64,000 bases of DNA from an uncultured delta proteobacterium (lineage in GTDB: Bacteria; Myxococcota; Myxococcia; Myxococcales; Myxococcaceae), in NCBI GenBank assembly GCA_963796055.1, contig CAWCKH010000004.1, forward strand, positions 2,880,001-2,944,000, given 5' to 3'. The position numbers were made by a program, and so were the translations under genes. The notes below the pieces were generated by a model. The model worked only from the letters and a program-made list of their open reading frames with translations. It searched no databases and was not told where the DNA came from. Below, one piece after another: positions 1 through 10,407 of this stretch. How positions within the stretch are numbered: the stretch's first letter is position 1; each line of letters starts with the position of its first letter.

Positions 1-549
1 CCGAAGGTCGTCGAGCAGCACGCCCTTGTCGTCGGTGACGTAGATGACGTTGAGGGTCTCGACGTCCGTGCCGTGCTCGCGGATGTAGTCGAGCGCCTCG
101 CGCGCGGTCCACTCCGGCCGGACCGCGACGTACTTGGGCGTCATGAAGCGCCCGGCGCTGCCCTCGGGATAGCCGAGGAGCTGCCGGGCGATCTTCAGCT
201 GGTCCGGAGTGAGCGTGCTCAGCGCACGCTTGGTCACCTCGGCGGGGAGCTCCTCGAAGAGACGGGTCCGGTCGTCCGGAGCCATCCCGTTGAAGACCCC
301 GGCCATCTGCCCGGTGCCGAGCGCGTCCACGACCTCGGTCTGCTGATCCACCGGGAGGTACTCGAACACCTGTGTCGCGGTGTCACGCGGAAGGACGCGG
401 AAGATGACCCCCGAGTCCTCGGGTGGAAGGTCCTCGATGACCTCCGCGATGTCGGCTGGGTCCATCTCGGAGAACGCCTCGCGGATCGTGGCGTAGTCCT
501 TCGCCTGGATCAGCTCCTCGAACTCCGGCTTCAGAAGATTGCCGAGCAT
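1..549 (-). CDS. mgtE: Magnesium transporter MgtE (5' part; runs off window)
   Basis: Manual translation from ATG 549: MLGNLLKPEFEELIQAKDYATIREAFSEMDPADIAEVIEDL...LLGYPEGSAGRFMTP...ETLNVIYVTDDKGVLL, i.e. MgtE N-domain plus CBS signature; absent from the ORF track because it is truncated. Confidence 0.9.
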   Translation of the reverse strand, partial: MLGNLLKPEFEELIQAKDYATIREAFSEMDPADIAEVIEDLPPEDSGVIFRVLPRDTATQVFEYLPVDQQTEVVDALGTGQMAGVFNGMAPDDRTRLFEELPAEVTKRALSTLTPDQLKIARQLLGYPEGSAGRFMTPKYVAVRPEWTAREALDYIREHGTDVETLNVIYVTDDKGVLLDDLR

Positions 550-618
550 CGCTGTCTCGAGTCCCGCCTTCGAGGGTGTGCCGGGGCGGCATGGTGATAT
601 GAAAGCGGGGCACAAGCC

Positions 619-1239
619 ATGGCCAAAGCGAACGACGGGACCCGTAGTCGCTCCGCGGCAGTGTCCAAGGGACCGGGGTCCCGGGAGGGACTCTCCACCG
701 CACTCCACCGGCCGGACCTGGTCGGCCCGCGCATAGAGCTCGACACGCAGGACGACGGCCCGGAGCACCGCGCCTTTCCCCGCGCCAAGCTCGCCGTGCC
801 CTTCGTGCTGTGGATCGGCGAAGGCGACTCCCGGCGCTTCTCGGCCACCCTGCTCTCGACGAACGTCAGCGTGAGCGGGGCCTTCCTCAGGAGCAGCTTC
901 TTCCTCCCGGTGGGAACCGAGATGCTGGTCCGCTTCCAGGTGGAGCCAACCGGGCCCGCGGTCGAGGCCCGGGTGGACGTCCTGCGCCAGGAGACGGAAG
1001 CAGACCGCACCGGCCGGACCGGGATGGGCCTCCGCTTCCTGGAGTTCTTCCGCCAGACCGAGGTCACCCTGGCCCGGCTCTTCCTCGGCGAGCAGCTGCG
1101 GAAGTTCGCCGAGGGCTACCTCTCCTCCGCGCGGGCGCGCTCGCTCAGCTCGGAGCTGGACCGGGTGGTGGACGCGCTCGCTGCCTGGGAGCTGCTGAAG
1201 GTCACCTCGCCCAACGACCCCTGGCGGTTTGCCAAGTAG
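619..1239 (+). CDS. PilZ-domain protein (myxobacterial TIGR02266-like)
   Basis: EHRAFPRA RxxxR motif, NVSVSGAF motif, GMGLRFLE. Confidence 0.8.
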   Translation: MAKANDGTRSRSAAVSKGPGSREGLSTALHRPDLVGPRIELDTQDDGPEHRAFPRAKLAVPFVLWIGEGDSRRFSATLLSTNVSVSGAFLRSSFFLPVGTEMLVRFQVEPTGPAVEARVDVLRQETEADRTGRTGMGLRFLEFFRQTEVTLARLFLGEQLRKFAEGYLSSARARSLSSELDRVVDALAAWELLKVTSPNDPWRFAK

Positions 1240-1257
1240 CGGGCGCGCCGCCCCGGG

Positions 1258-1587
1258 TCAGACGTGCTTCTTGAAGCTCTCCTCGAGCTTGCTCTTGGGG
1301 ACCGCGCCGAGAATCTGGTCCACGACCTTCCCGCCCTTGAAGACCAGCAGCATGGGGATGCTGCGGACGCCGTAGTTCTGGGCCGTCTCCTGGTTCTCGT
1401 CCACGTTGAGCTTGGCGACCTTCATCTTCCCCTTGTAGCGGGTGGCCAGCTCGTCCAGCGCCGGGGCGATCGCCTTGCACGGCCCGCACCACGGAGCCCA
1501 GAAGTCCACCAGCACCGGCTCCTGCGACTCGAGGACCGTGACCTTGAACTCAGCATCAGAGACGTTGAACGTATCTACCCCAGCCAT
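1258..1587 (-). CDS. trxA: Thioredoxin
   Basis: DFWAPWCGPCK active site, 109 aa. Confidence 0.97.
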   Translation of the reverse strand: MAGVDTFNVSDAEFKVTVLESQEPVLVDFWAPWCGPCKAIAPALDELATRYKGKMKVAKLNVDENQETAQNYGVRSIPMLLVFKGGKVVDQILGAVPKSKLEESFKKHV

Positions 1588-1702
1588 TTATCCTCCTAAT
1601 ACACCCGCCGAGGACTCTCCATCGCACTGCGGGCTGACAGGCCTGGATGTACAACGGACCTCCCCGGCGCGCACGCCTCGGTTTGCTAAGGTGCCGACAC
1701 GC

Positions 1703-2048
1703 GTGAAGCTTTTTCTTCCGCAGACCACCCTCGAGGAGTGGGCCAGCAGCGAGCGGGCCGATGTCCGCGAGGATGCGCTGGTCCTCACCGGGGAATCCGT
1801 GAGGTACCCGGTGGAACCGGCGGTCCACGTCCGGGCTCTGGTGTCGGGTCCGGACGAGCACCACCTGCTCCGCAAGGTGAAGACGGATGCGCAGCTGACG
1901 GAGCTCGGGGCCGAGCGCCTGGCGGATTCCGTCGTCGCCGGGGAGAGCGCATACGATGTGGAGAGCGGCTATGTGGTGCAGGTGCCCGACGCCTCCGCTC
2001 CCACCGAGACCGCCCTTCTCGCCGACTACCTCCTGAACAAGACTCTGA
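1703..2048 (+). CDS. Hypothetical protein upstream of the hem cluster (stop probably displaced by a 1-nt indel near 2042)
   Basis: GTG-KLFLPQTTLEEW...LLADYLLNK in a coding-like frame; AAC AAG A CTC TGA suggests one extra base just before the next ATG. Confidence 0.55.
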
Positions 2049-2049
2049 C

Positions 2050-2847
2050 ATGGTCCGCACCTGCTTCACGCTCGCCTTCCACGCCTACGCCCTGGGCGCC
2101 CTGGCCTACCTGGCGGTCCTGGCGCAGGGCTGGAAGGGGCTGGCCTGGGTGGCGCGAGGGCTGACCCTTTTCGGGTGGGTGCTGCACGGCATCGGGCTGG
2201 TGATGCTGCTGTCCACGCAACGATGGCTGCCGAGCGGGTTCGGTCAGACGGTGAGCCTGCTCGCGTTCCTGCTCGTCGCGGTCTTCCTGGTGGTGGACCT
2301 GCGGGCACGCGCGGCGCTCCTCGGGGCCTTCCTCTCGCCGGCTGCGGTGGCGGTGCTCGTCCCTTCGCTGTGGATGCGCGCCCCGGGCCCCGAGCTGACC
2401 GAGGGCCTGCGCCAGCCGCTCCTTCCTGTCCACATCGCCGTCGCCCTGGCCGGACTGGCGGTGTTCGGCGTGGCCACCGCCGTGGCCGGGGTGTACCTCG
2501 CCGCCGAGCGGATGCTGAAGGGCAAGCGCTTCGGCCCCTTCTTCAAGCGCGTGCCGTCGCTCGAGCTGCTGGACGATCTCAACCGGCGGCTCGTCGCCTG
2601 GGGCTTCATCGCCCTGTCGCTCACGCTCCTCACCGGCGCCTGGGTTCAGGCCCGGCTGCGGCCCGAGGAGCGCTGGAGCCCTGCCGAGCTGGCGGTGGTG
2701 GTGGCCTGGCTCGCCTTCGGGGTGCTGCTCCAGGCCCGCATCTTCGCCGGCTGGCGTGGGCGGCGGGTGGCCCTCCTCACCATGGCCGGCTTCGCGGTGC
2801 TGGTGGTCTCGTTCGTCACCCGCTACGGCCCGTGGGTGAGTCGATGA
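2050..2847 (+). CDS. Cytochrome c assembly protein (CcsA/HemX family)
   Basis: About 8 hydrophobic helices, HIAVAL and VPSLELLDDLN, GWRGRR motif; overlaps hemA start. Confidence 0.85.
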   Translation: MVRTCFTLAFHAYALGALAYLAVLAQGWKGLAWVARGLTLFGWVLHGIGLVMLLSTQRWLPSGFGQTVSLLAFLLVAVFLVVDLRARAALLGAFLSPAAVAVLVPSLWMRAPGPELTEGLRQPLLPVHIAVALAGLAVFGVATAVAGVYLAAERMLKGKRFGPFFKRVPSLELLDDLNRRLVAWGFIALSLTLLTGAWVQARLRPEERWSPAELAVVVAWLAFGVLLQARIFAGWRGRRVALLTMAGFAVLVVSFVTRYGPWVSR

Positions 2848-4118
2848 GCCCACCCCTGGTCTGCGTGGGGCTCTCGCACCACACCGCTCCGGTGGACGTG
2901 CGGGAGCGGCTGGCCCTTCCCGACGAACGGCAGACCGAGCTCCTCCAGGCGATGGCCCAGGCCCCGGCCGAGGCGCTGCTGGTCTCCACCTGCAATCGGG
3001 TCGAGCTCTACGTCATCGGCCCGGGGGCGGACCTCCAGGACCGGACGCGGATTGCGCTGGCGAGCGTCGCCGGCCAGGACCTGGTCCCGTACCTCTATTC
3101 CCACCACGGCGAGGCGGCGGTGCTCCACCTCTTCCGGGTGGCGGCAAGCCTGGACTCGATGGTGCTCGGCGAGCCGCAGGTCCTCGGCCAGGTGAAGGAC
3201 GCCTTCGAGCAGGCGCAGCGGCTGGGCGCCGCGCGGGGCGAGCTGGCCCGCATCTGCGCCGCGGCCTTCGGGAGCGCCAAGCGGGTCCGCACCGAGACCG
3301 AGCTCGGCCGTGCCGCCACCTCCATGGCCTCGGCCGCGGTGGCGATGGCCCGGCACATCTTCGACGGGCTCGACGGCAAGACGGTGCTCCTGGTCGGGGC
3401 AGGGGAGATGGCCGAGCTGGCCGGTCGTCACCTGGTCTCGGCCGGAGCATCGAAGGTCATGGTCGCCAACCGCACCTTCGAGCACGCCGAGGCGCTGGCG
3501 GTGACGCTCCAGGGACAGGCGGTCCCGTTCGACCGGATGGAGGAGAGCCTGGTGCTGGCCGACGTCGTGGTCTGCTCCACCGCCTCGCCCACGCCGGTCA
3601 TCACCCGGGAGAAGGTCGCCCGGGTCCTGAAGCCGAGGAGACACCGGCCGCTGTTCCTGGTCGATCTCGCCGTGCCCCGTGACGTGGACCCCGACGTACA
3701 CACCCTGGACGGCGTCTACTCCTACGACGTCGACGACATCCAGCGGGTGATCGACGAGAACCAGGCGGCGCGCGTCGCCGCCGCGGCCAAGGCCGAGGTG
3801 CTGGTGGCCGAGGAGGTCGCCCGGTACATCCGCGAGCGCGCGGTGCGCGAGCAGGTCCCGGTGCTGGCCCAGCTGCGGGCACGGGCCGAGCAGATCCGCC
3901 GGGCCGAGCTCGAGCGCGCCATCGGAAACCTCCCGGTCCCGCTCAGCCCGGCACAGGAAAAGGTCATCGAGGCCATGACCTCGGCCATCATCAACAAGAT
4001 GCTCCACCAGCCGACGGCCAAGCTGCGCGCGGTTCAGGCGCGGGACAGCGAGCTGGTCGACGCCGCCGCCGAGCTGTTCGGGCTGGACGGCGTGGGCCGC
4101 AAGGCCGGTGAGGGCTGA
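2844..4118 (+). CDS. hemA: Glutamyl-tRNA reductase
   Basis: [46 protein letters not shown]. Confidence 0.97.
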   Translation: MSPPLVCVGLSHHTAPVDVRERLALPDERQTELLQAMAQAPAEALLVSTCNRVELYVIGPGADLQDRTRIALASVAGQDLVPYLYSHHGEAAVLHLFRVAASLDSMVLGEPQVLGQVKDAFEQAQRLGAARGELARICAAAFGSAKRVRTETELGRAATSMASAAVAMARHIFDGLDGKTVLLVGAGEMAELAGRHLVSAGASKVMVANRTFEHAEALAVTLQGQAVPFDRMEESLVLADVVVCSTASPTPVITREKVARVLKPRRHRPLFLVDLAVPRDVDPDVHTLDGVYSYDVDDIQRVIDENQAARVAAAAKAEVLVAEEVARYIRERAVREQVPVLAQLRARAEQIRRAELERAIGNLPVPLSPAQEKVIEAMTSAIINKMLHQPTAKLRAVQARDSELVDAAAELFGLDGVGRKAGEG

Positions 4119-4140
4119 GGAAGGGGCTCGCCACGGCGCC

Positions 4141-5074
4141 ATGCCCCCGCTCCGGATCGCCACCCGCAAGAGTCCCGCTCGCGCTCTGGCAGGCGCAGCA
4201 CGTGGCCGGACTTCTCCGGGCCTGCTCGCCCGACACCGAGGTGGTGCTGGTCGAGCTGTCCACGGAGGGCGACCGGATTCTGGAGGTCCCCCTGTCGCGG
4301 ATCGGCGGCAAGAGCCTGTTCGTCAAGGAGATCGAGGCCGCGCTGCTCGACGGCCGCGCCGACCTCGCGGTCCATAGCCTCAAGGATGTGACCAGCAGCT
4401 TCCCCCCGGGCCTGGTGCTGGCCGCGGTGCCGGAGCGCGAGGACCCGCGCGACGCGTGGGTGAGCCCGCGGGGCATCCGCTTCGCCGACCTTCCCCGGGG
4501 CGGGCGGGTCGGCACGTCCTCGCTCCGGCGGGCCTGTCAGCTCCGGTCGCTCCGGACGGACGTGGAGGTCGTGCCGCTGCGGGGCAACGTGGGGACGCGG
4601 CTGCGGAAGACCGAGGAGCTGGGGCTGGCCGGCTCCATTCTCGCGCTGGCGGGGCTCCGGCGCCTCGGGCTGGAGGACCGGGTGACCGAGCTGCTTCCGC
4701 CGGAGGTGATGCTGCCCGCGGTGGGGCAGGGGGCGCTGGCGCTGGAGTGCGCGGCGGACAGCGCTCACCGGGGGCTGGTGGAGTCGCTCGAGCACCGGCC
4801 GACGCGCCAGCCCATCGACGCCGAGCGGGCCTTCCTCGAGCTGCTCGAGGGCGGCTGTACCGTCCCGCTGGCCGCGCATGCCATCCTCCAGGGCGACCAG
4901 CTCTGGGTACGGGGGCTGGTCGGCGCGCCGGACGGGAGCGAGGTGGTGCGCGCCGAGCGGCGCGGTCCCGCACCGGCTGCCCGCGCGCTGGGCCAGGAGC
5001 TCGCCGAGGAGCTGCTCCGCCGTGGCGCCCGGGCGCTGCTCGAGGCGCACGCCGGAGCGCGCTCCGGTGGGTGA
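4141..5074 (+). CDS. hemC: Hydroxymethylbilane synthase (frameshift at ~4175)
   Basis: [12 protein letters not shown] then +1 frame [49 protein letters not shown]. Confidence 0.92.
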
Positions 5075-5837
5075 CGCTCGGCGGCTGGCCGGGATGCGCG
5101 TCCTGGTCCCCCGCCCGCGCGAGCGGGCCGAGCCGCTCTGCTTCCTGCTCGAGGACGAGGGAGCGGAGGTGCTGGCCCTGCCGCTGCTCGAGCTGGAGCC
5201 ACCCACCGACGCTCGCCCGCTGCGGGCCGCGGCGGAGCTGCTGCGCCGCTTCGCCTGGGTGGCCTTCGCCAGCGAGCGCGCGGTGACCGCGCTGGTGGAG
5301 GCGGCGCGGACGGCGGGGACGGTGGACGTGCTCCGGACGCGAAAGCTCGCTGCGGTCGGCCCGGCGACGGCGGCGGCGCTCAGCGTTCACGGGCTAGAGC
5401 CGGCGCTGGTGGCGACGGTGTCGACCGGGGAGGGGCTGGCCCAGGCGCTGCTGCCGCGGCTCCAGGCCGGGGAGGCGGTGTTGCTCCCGGCGGCGGAGCA
5501 GGGGCAGCGGGCGCTCGAGGAGGGGCTGGCGGCGGCGGGGGTGACGGTGGAGCGGGTGGCCGCGTACCGGGCGAGCCCGGCCGGCTCGGCGCCACAGGGC
5601 TGGGCGGAGGTGGTCGCGCGTCCGCCCCGGTGCGTGCTCTTCGGGTCTCCACGCACGGTGGAGGCGTTCCTCTCTCTCCCCGGGGCGGAGGCGCTGGTCC
5701 CGGTGGTGCGGGCGGTGGCGGTGGGGCCCACCACGGCCGCGGCGCTGCGGGCCCGAGGGTGGGAGCCGGCGGCGATTGCCACCGCGCCGAGGCCTCCGGA
5801 GTGGGTGGAAGCGGCGGTGCGGGCCGTCGAGGGGTAG
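5067..5837 (+). CDS. hemD: Uroporphyrinogen-III synthase
   Basis: [30 protein letters not shown]; directly after hemC. Confidence 0.88.
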   Translation: MGDARRLAGMRVLVPRPRERAEPLCFLLEDEGAEVLALPLLELEPPTDARPLRAAAELLRRFAWVAFASERAVTALVEAARTAGTVDVLRTRKLAAVGPATAAALSVHGLEPALVATVSTGEGLAQALLPRLQAGEAVLLPAAEQGQRALEEGLAAAGVTVERVAAYRASPAGSAPQGWAEVVARPPRCVLFGSPRTVEAFLSLPGAEALVPVVRAVAVGPTTAAALRARGWEPAAIATAPRPPEWVEAAVRAVEG

Positions 5838-5853
5838 ACTCCCGGCTCGCCCC

Positions 5854-7671
5854 ATGACCCAGGCCGCCGTGGCGCGCACCAGCGCCGATTTCACGCTGAG
5901 CTTCGTCCTCAACGCGCTGGTCCAGGCCAGGCTGCTCACCCCCAGCCAGGCCCAGGACGTGCGCTCCAAGGAGCAGGCCGCACGCGCGCGCGTCTTGAAG
6001 TCGGTGGGCGCGGACAAGGACGAGGCCCGCTACACCGTCTCCCCCGTCGAGGTGGTGGCGGCGTTCCAGGTCCCGCTGGCCGGTGGACGGGCGCTGGACC
6101 AGGACAAGATCTCCGAGGCCGTCGCCGCAGCGGCCGGGGTGGGCTACAAGAAGATCGACCCGCTGAAGCTGGACATGGCGCTGGCGACACGGACGGTCTC
6201 CAAGCCGTACGCGCAGAAGCACGTGCTGCTACCGCTGGAGCGGACCGAGGCCGGCGCGCTGGTGGTGGCGGTCGCCAACCCCTTCGACCGCGAGCTGCTG
6301 GAGAACCTCCACCGTCTGGCGGGGATGCCTATCGAGCCGGTGCTCTCGGCGAAGGCGGACATCCTCAAGGCCATCGCCGACATCTATGGCTTCAAGCGGA
6401 CCCTGGCGCAGGCGGCGACGGACTTCGCCCAGCCGACGGGTCCGCAGATCCAGAACTTCGAGCAGCTGGTCTCGCTCTCCGGCAGCACGGAGCTGGACGC
6501 CTCGGACAAGCCCATCGTCCAGGCGGTGGACTACCTGCTCCGCTACGCCTACGACAACCGGGCCTCGGACATCCACATCGAGCCGAAGCGGGACAGCACC
6601 GTGGTGCGCCTGCGGATCGATGGCGTGCTGCACCCGGTCTACACCCTGCCCACCGGGGTCCACCCGCCGATCGTGAGCCGGGTGAAGATGCTCTCCCGCA
6701 TCGACATCTCGGAGAAGCGCCGGCCCCAGGACGGGCGGATCAAGACCGAGCGGGACGGCCGGGAGATCGAGCTCCGGGTATCGACCTTGCCCACGGCCTT
6801 CGGGGAGAAGGTGGTGATCCGCATCTTCGACCCCGAGACGCTGGTGCAGGACATCGCCCAGCTCGGGTTCGACGAGGACGAGAAGGGGCTCTTCGAGTCG
6901 TGGATCGACGAGCCGCACGGACTGATCCTGGTGACCGGCCCCACCGGCAGCGGGAAGACGACCACGCTCTACTCGGCGCTCAAGGCGCTGGCCGGTCCCG
7001 AGGTGAACGTCACCACCATCGAGGATCCCATCGAGATGGTGTGGGACGGCTTCAACCAGGTGCAGGTGCAGCCGAAGATCGAGCTCGACTTCGCCAACGC
7101 CCTCCGCCACATCCTCCGCCAGGATCCGGATGTGATCATGGTGGGCGAGATCCGGGACCCGGAGACGGCGGAGAACGCGATCCAGGCCGCGCTCACCGGT
7201 CACCTGGTGCTCTCCACCCTGCACACCAACGACGCGGTCGGGGCGGTGAGCCGGATGAAGGACCTGGGGGTGCCGCCGTTCCTCCTCTCCAGCTGTCTGC
7301 TGGGGGTGATGGCCCAGCGTCTGCTGCGCCGGGTGTGCAGCCGCTGCGCCCAGGAGCAGAACCTGACCCAGGACGAGCTTCTGGCCCTCGGCGCGCCGCT
7401 GCCGCTGCTCCCGGGCGGAGTGCAGATCCTCCAGGGCGCCGGCTGCGTGCACTGCCGGGGAACGGGCTTCTACGGCCGGACCGGCGTGTTCGAGATCATG
7501 CCGGTGACGCCGGAGATCCGGGAGGCCATCGCCCACGGCGCGAACACGCCAGAACTGGTCGCGCTCGCGCGCAAGGTGGGGATGCGGACCCTTCGAGAAG
7601 CCGCTGTCCGGAAGCTCGCCGCCGGCCAGACCGCCTTCGCCGAGGTGGTCCGGATGACGGCCAGCGCCTGA
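5854..7671 (+). CDS. GspE/PilB-family secretion/pilus assembly ATPase
   Basis: ASDIHIEP, Walker A GPTGSGKTTT, TIEDPIE, LRQDPDVIMVGEIRD, tetracysteine CSRC/CVHC. Confidence 0.93.
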   Translation: MTQAAVARTSADFTLSFVLNALVQARLLTPSQAQDVRSKEQAARARVLKSVGADKDEARYTVSPVEVVAAFQVPLAGGRALDQDKISEAVAAAAGVGYKKIDPLKLDMALATRTVSKPYAQKHVLLPLERTEAGALVVAVANPFDRELLENLHRLAGMPIEPVLSAKADILKAIADIYGFKRTLAQAATDFAQPTGPQIQNFEQLVSLSGSTELDASDKPIVQAVDYLLRYAYDNRASDIHIEPKRDSTVVRLRIDGVLHPVYTLPTGVHPPIVSRVKMLSRIDISEKRRPQDGRIKTERDGREIELRVSTLPTAFGEKVVIRIFDPETLVQDIAQLGFDEDEKGLFESWIDEPHGLILVTGPTGSGKTTTLYSALKALAGPEVNVTTIEDPIEMVWDGFNQVQVQPKIELDFANALRHILRQDPDVIMVGEIRDPETAENAIQAALTGHLVLSTLHTNDAVGAVSRMKDLGVPPFLLSSCLLGVMAQRLLRRVCSRCAQEQNLTQDELLALGAPLPLLPGGVQILQGAGCVHCRGTGFYGRTGVFEIMPVTPEIREAIAHGANTPELVALARKVGMRTLREAAVRKLAAGQTAFAEVVRMTASA

Positions 7672-7711
7672 CGGGCATGCGGGCATCCTGCCACCCTCCG
7701 GGCGTGGCAGC

Positions 7712-8518
7712 TCAGCGGAGCAATCCCGCTCGCACCGCGCGGTCCAGCACCTCGGCGAGCACGTCCACCGAGCCTCGGGTGTCGCTGCGCCGCACCTCGG
7801 CGCCCCCGGCCCGGGCCACCTGTGCCCCGCCGAGCACGAACGGCAGGGTGCGCCGGCCCAGCCGGAGCAGCCGGTCGTCGTGAAAGGCGCGGGGAGCGTG
7901 TCGCTTCAGCTCCTGCGCGATGGTCCCCATGTTGGCCGCCCGCGCCGGCTGGAGCAGCGGACCGAGCCCGGAGAACTCGAGCGCGTGCTCGGCGAGGAGG
8001 ACCCGCTCGCCGTCCTCGGCGTGGACCAGGACGAACTGCTCGGACGCATCCTGCCTGTCCTGCACGGTCGAGGTCGTCTTCCTGGTCATCACCAGGCCGC
8101 CGGTGAGGATCGCCCGGCCCGGCGCGAACTTCCGGGAGGTCTCGGTGTGCTCGGTGGTGGTCTGGCTCGCTCGGACTCCCCGCAGCACGAGCCGCACCGC
8201 GTCCCACCGGACGGTGAGCGTCGACCCGCTCCGTGCAGTGACCCGCATCCCCTCCGGCTGGAAGGCGAAGCTCCGTGCCTGGAACCGGTCCGCGTCGGTG
8301 GGAACGGCCTCCTCGATCGAAAGCGCGGCCAGCCCAGCGGCCTCGAGCGCCCGGACGAGCGACTCGGCGCGATCGGGCGGGAAGCGGGCGAGCAGGGCGG
8401 GCGGCTCGGGCGCGAGGCGCATCCTCGCCTCGGCAGCCGGCATGCCCGCGGCGGCCACCAGCGCCGAGACCGCCGCCTCGACGTCCCTCGGCTGCAGAAC
8501 GGTCGCCACCAGGTGCAC
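7712..8518 (-). CDS. Hypothetical protein
   Basis: Long ORF with coding-like codon use; GTG start at 8518 inferred. Confidence 0.6.
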   Translation of the reverse strand: MHLVATVLQPRDVEAAVSALVAAAGMPAAEARMRLAPEPPALLARFPPDRAESLVRALEAAGLAALSIEEAVPTDADRFQARSFAFQPEGMRVTARSGSTLTVRWDAVRLVLRGVRASQTTTEHTETSRKFAPGRAILTGGLVMTRKTTSTVQDRQDASEQFVLVHAEDGERVLLAEHALEFSGLGPLLQPARAANMGTIAQELKRHAPRAFHDDRLLRLGRRTLPFVLGGAQVARAGGAEVRRSDTRGSVDVLAEVLDRAVRAGLLR

Positions 8519-8576
8519 ATCCGGACGGTAGCAAGGGCAGCGGCCGCGCCGCTCGCGTGGCATCCTCCGCAGGACA

Positions 8577-9274
8577 ATGGATGGTTCGCCCCCCGACGTG
8601 GTGACCGGCATCGAGGTGGTGGAGGACGTGACTGCGCGCTCGCGCTGCGACGAGGGATTCCTCCACCTGAAGCGGCTGGTGTGCCGGAACCGCCACGCCG
8701 ACGGCTCCGCCTCCCGCGACTACCGGGTGGACGTGGTGGACCGGCCCGTCCCGGACGCGGTGGCGGTGCTCATCTGGCGGCGGGCTCCCAGAGGGGTGGA
8801 GGTGCTGACCCGGAGGACGCTCCGGCCGGCGGCGCACTTCCGTGCCACCCTGAGGCTTCCGGTCCCGGATCCGCGCCTGTATCTGCTGCTGGAGGAGCTG
8901 GTGGCCGGCGTCCTCGAGCCCGAGGACCAGGGTGAGGCCGGCGTGCGCCGTCGCGCGGCGGAGGAAACGCTCGAGGAGGCGGGCTTCCGCGTCTCGCCGG
9001 ACGAGGTGACGTCTCTCGGGGGAGCTTCTTCCTCGCCCCCGGAATCCTCTCCGAGAAGATCCACCCCGCCGCCGTGGAGGTCACCGGTCGGGCGCAGGGA
9101 GAGCCCCACGGCGACGGCTCGCCGCTCGAGGAGGGCGCGACACTCCACTGGTGGCCCATCGAGACCCTCCTGGAGGCGTGCCGGAGCGGCGAGGTCGAGG
9201 ACGCGAAGACGGAGATCCTGGTTGCCCGCTTCCTCGCCCCGGGGGTGGTCACGACCCCCACCGGGGCGCGCTGA
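8577..9274 (+). CDS. NUDIX hydrolase, ADP-ribose pyrophosphatase-like (frameshift at ~9024)
   Basis: Nudix box AGVLEPED...RRAAEETLEEAG; the shifted frame continues FFLAPGILSEKIH...GDGSPLEEG...EDAKTEI. Confidence 0.82.
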
Positions 9275-9338
9275 CCCACCCCCCACTCCAGAATTCCCGG
9301 ACCTTGCGGCCGGCCCGGCCGGTGCAGTGGCAGGAGGC

Positions 9339-9536
9339 ATGGCCGATCCCGCCAGCCCCCGTCCCGTCCCGGTGCTCGACCTCGTCGGTGCCATCCGGCT
9401 CGACCCGGACTTGCGGATGGAGGACGTGCTCCGCGCGCTGGACAGCATGACGCCCGAGGAGCTGGAGGAGCTGGCCACGCTGCTCGACGAGCACGACGCG
9501 GCGGTTCGCCGGCGTGCCCGCGTCCTGGCGAGCTGA
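9339..9536 (+). CDS. Small hypothetical protein (65 aa)
   Basis: GGAGG RBS before ATG; helical acidic sequence DLRMEDVLRALDSMTPEELEEL. Confidence 0.5.
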   Translation: MADPASPRPVPVLDLVGAIRLDPDLRMEDVLRALDSMTPEELEELATLLDEHDAAVRRRARVLAS

Positions 9537-9584
9537 GTCAGGGGTGTCGACGTACCCGGGTCCCCGGCGGTAGAGGGGCCGGGC

Positions 9585-10334
9585 ATGCAGTTCGCGCCCC
9601 AGCCGGAGTGGCAGAGCATCCTCGCCGACATCCTCGTGGCCGCGCAGGCGGTGGGTCCGGCCGGCGTCATCGTCTTCGACCTCGACTCGACCTTGCTGGA
9701 CAACCGCCCCCGTCAGGCGGCCATCGTGCGCGACTTCGCGCGCCTGCACGGCATCCCGGCCCTGGAGGGATTCCAGCCCGAGCACCTGGTCACTGGATTC
9801 GACACCCGGGAGGCGCTGGGCAGAGCCGGGCTGGATCCCGACTCCGTCGCCCGATGGCTGCCGGACCTCCGCAAGCACTGGGTGGAGCGCTTCTTCACCT
9901 CCGAGGCGTGCCTTCACGACATTCCCATCCGGGGGGCGGCCGGGTACGCCCGCCGCGCGCATGCCACGGGGGTCCAGCTGGTCTACCTGACGGCCCGCCC
10001 GGAGCGGATGCGACCCGGGACCGAGGAGGTCCTCCGGCGCTTCGGCTTCCCGCTCCCCGGTCCGGGGGTCCTGCTGTGGATGAAACCGGACGATCCCTCC
10101 GTGGGGGACGATGCCTTCAAGCGCTCCGCCCACGCGCGGCTGGGCTCGCTGGGGCGGCTGGTGGCCGCCTTCGACAACGAGCCGGGTCACGTGAACGACT
10201 TCCGGACGACCTTCCCCGAGGCGGAGGTGGTGCTGGTCGCGACCGGCCACTCGGGCCGTGTGTCAACGCTCGCCCCACGGGTGCGCGTGGTTCCGCACCT
10301 CGCGCTGGAGGGGGAGGCGCCAGAAAACCTGTGA
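9585..10334 (+). CDS. HAD-superfamily hydrolase
   Basis: FDLDSTL motif I, YLTAR motif II, FDNE motif IV. Confidence 0.8.
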   Translation: MQFAPQPEWQSILADILVAAQAVGPAGVIVFDLDSTLLDNRPRQAAIVRDFARLHGIPALEGFQPEHLVTGFDTREALGRAGLDPDSVARWLPDLRKHWVERFFTSEACLHDIPIRGAAGYARRAHATGVQLVYLTARPERMRPGTEEVLRRFGFPLPGPGVLLWMKPDDPSVGDDAFKRSAHARLGSLGRLVAAFDNEPGHVNDFRTTFPEAEVVLVATGHSGRVSTLAPRVRVVPHLALEGEAPENL

Positions 10335-10407
10335 AGGGGGCGCCGCGACGCGGCATGGGGCGAACGCTTGGAAAATCGGGCCTCGAGTGGATATGCAGCG
10401 GCCCGGC

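Noticed and set aside
5854..7671. Complete type II secretion or type IV pilus locus
   Set aside because: Only the ATPase is present; no pilins, platform protein or secretin nearby
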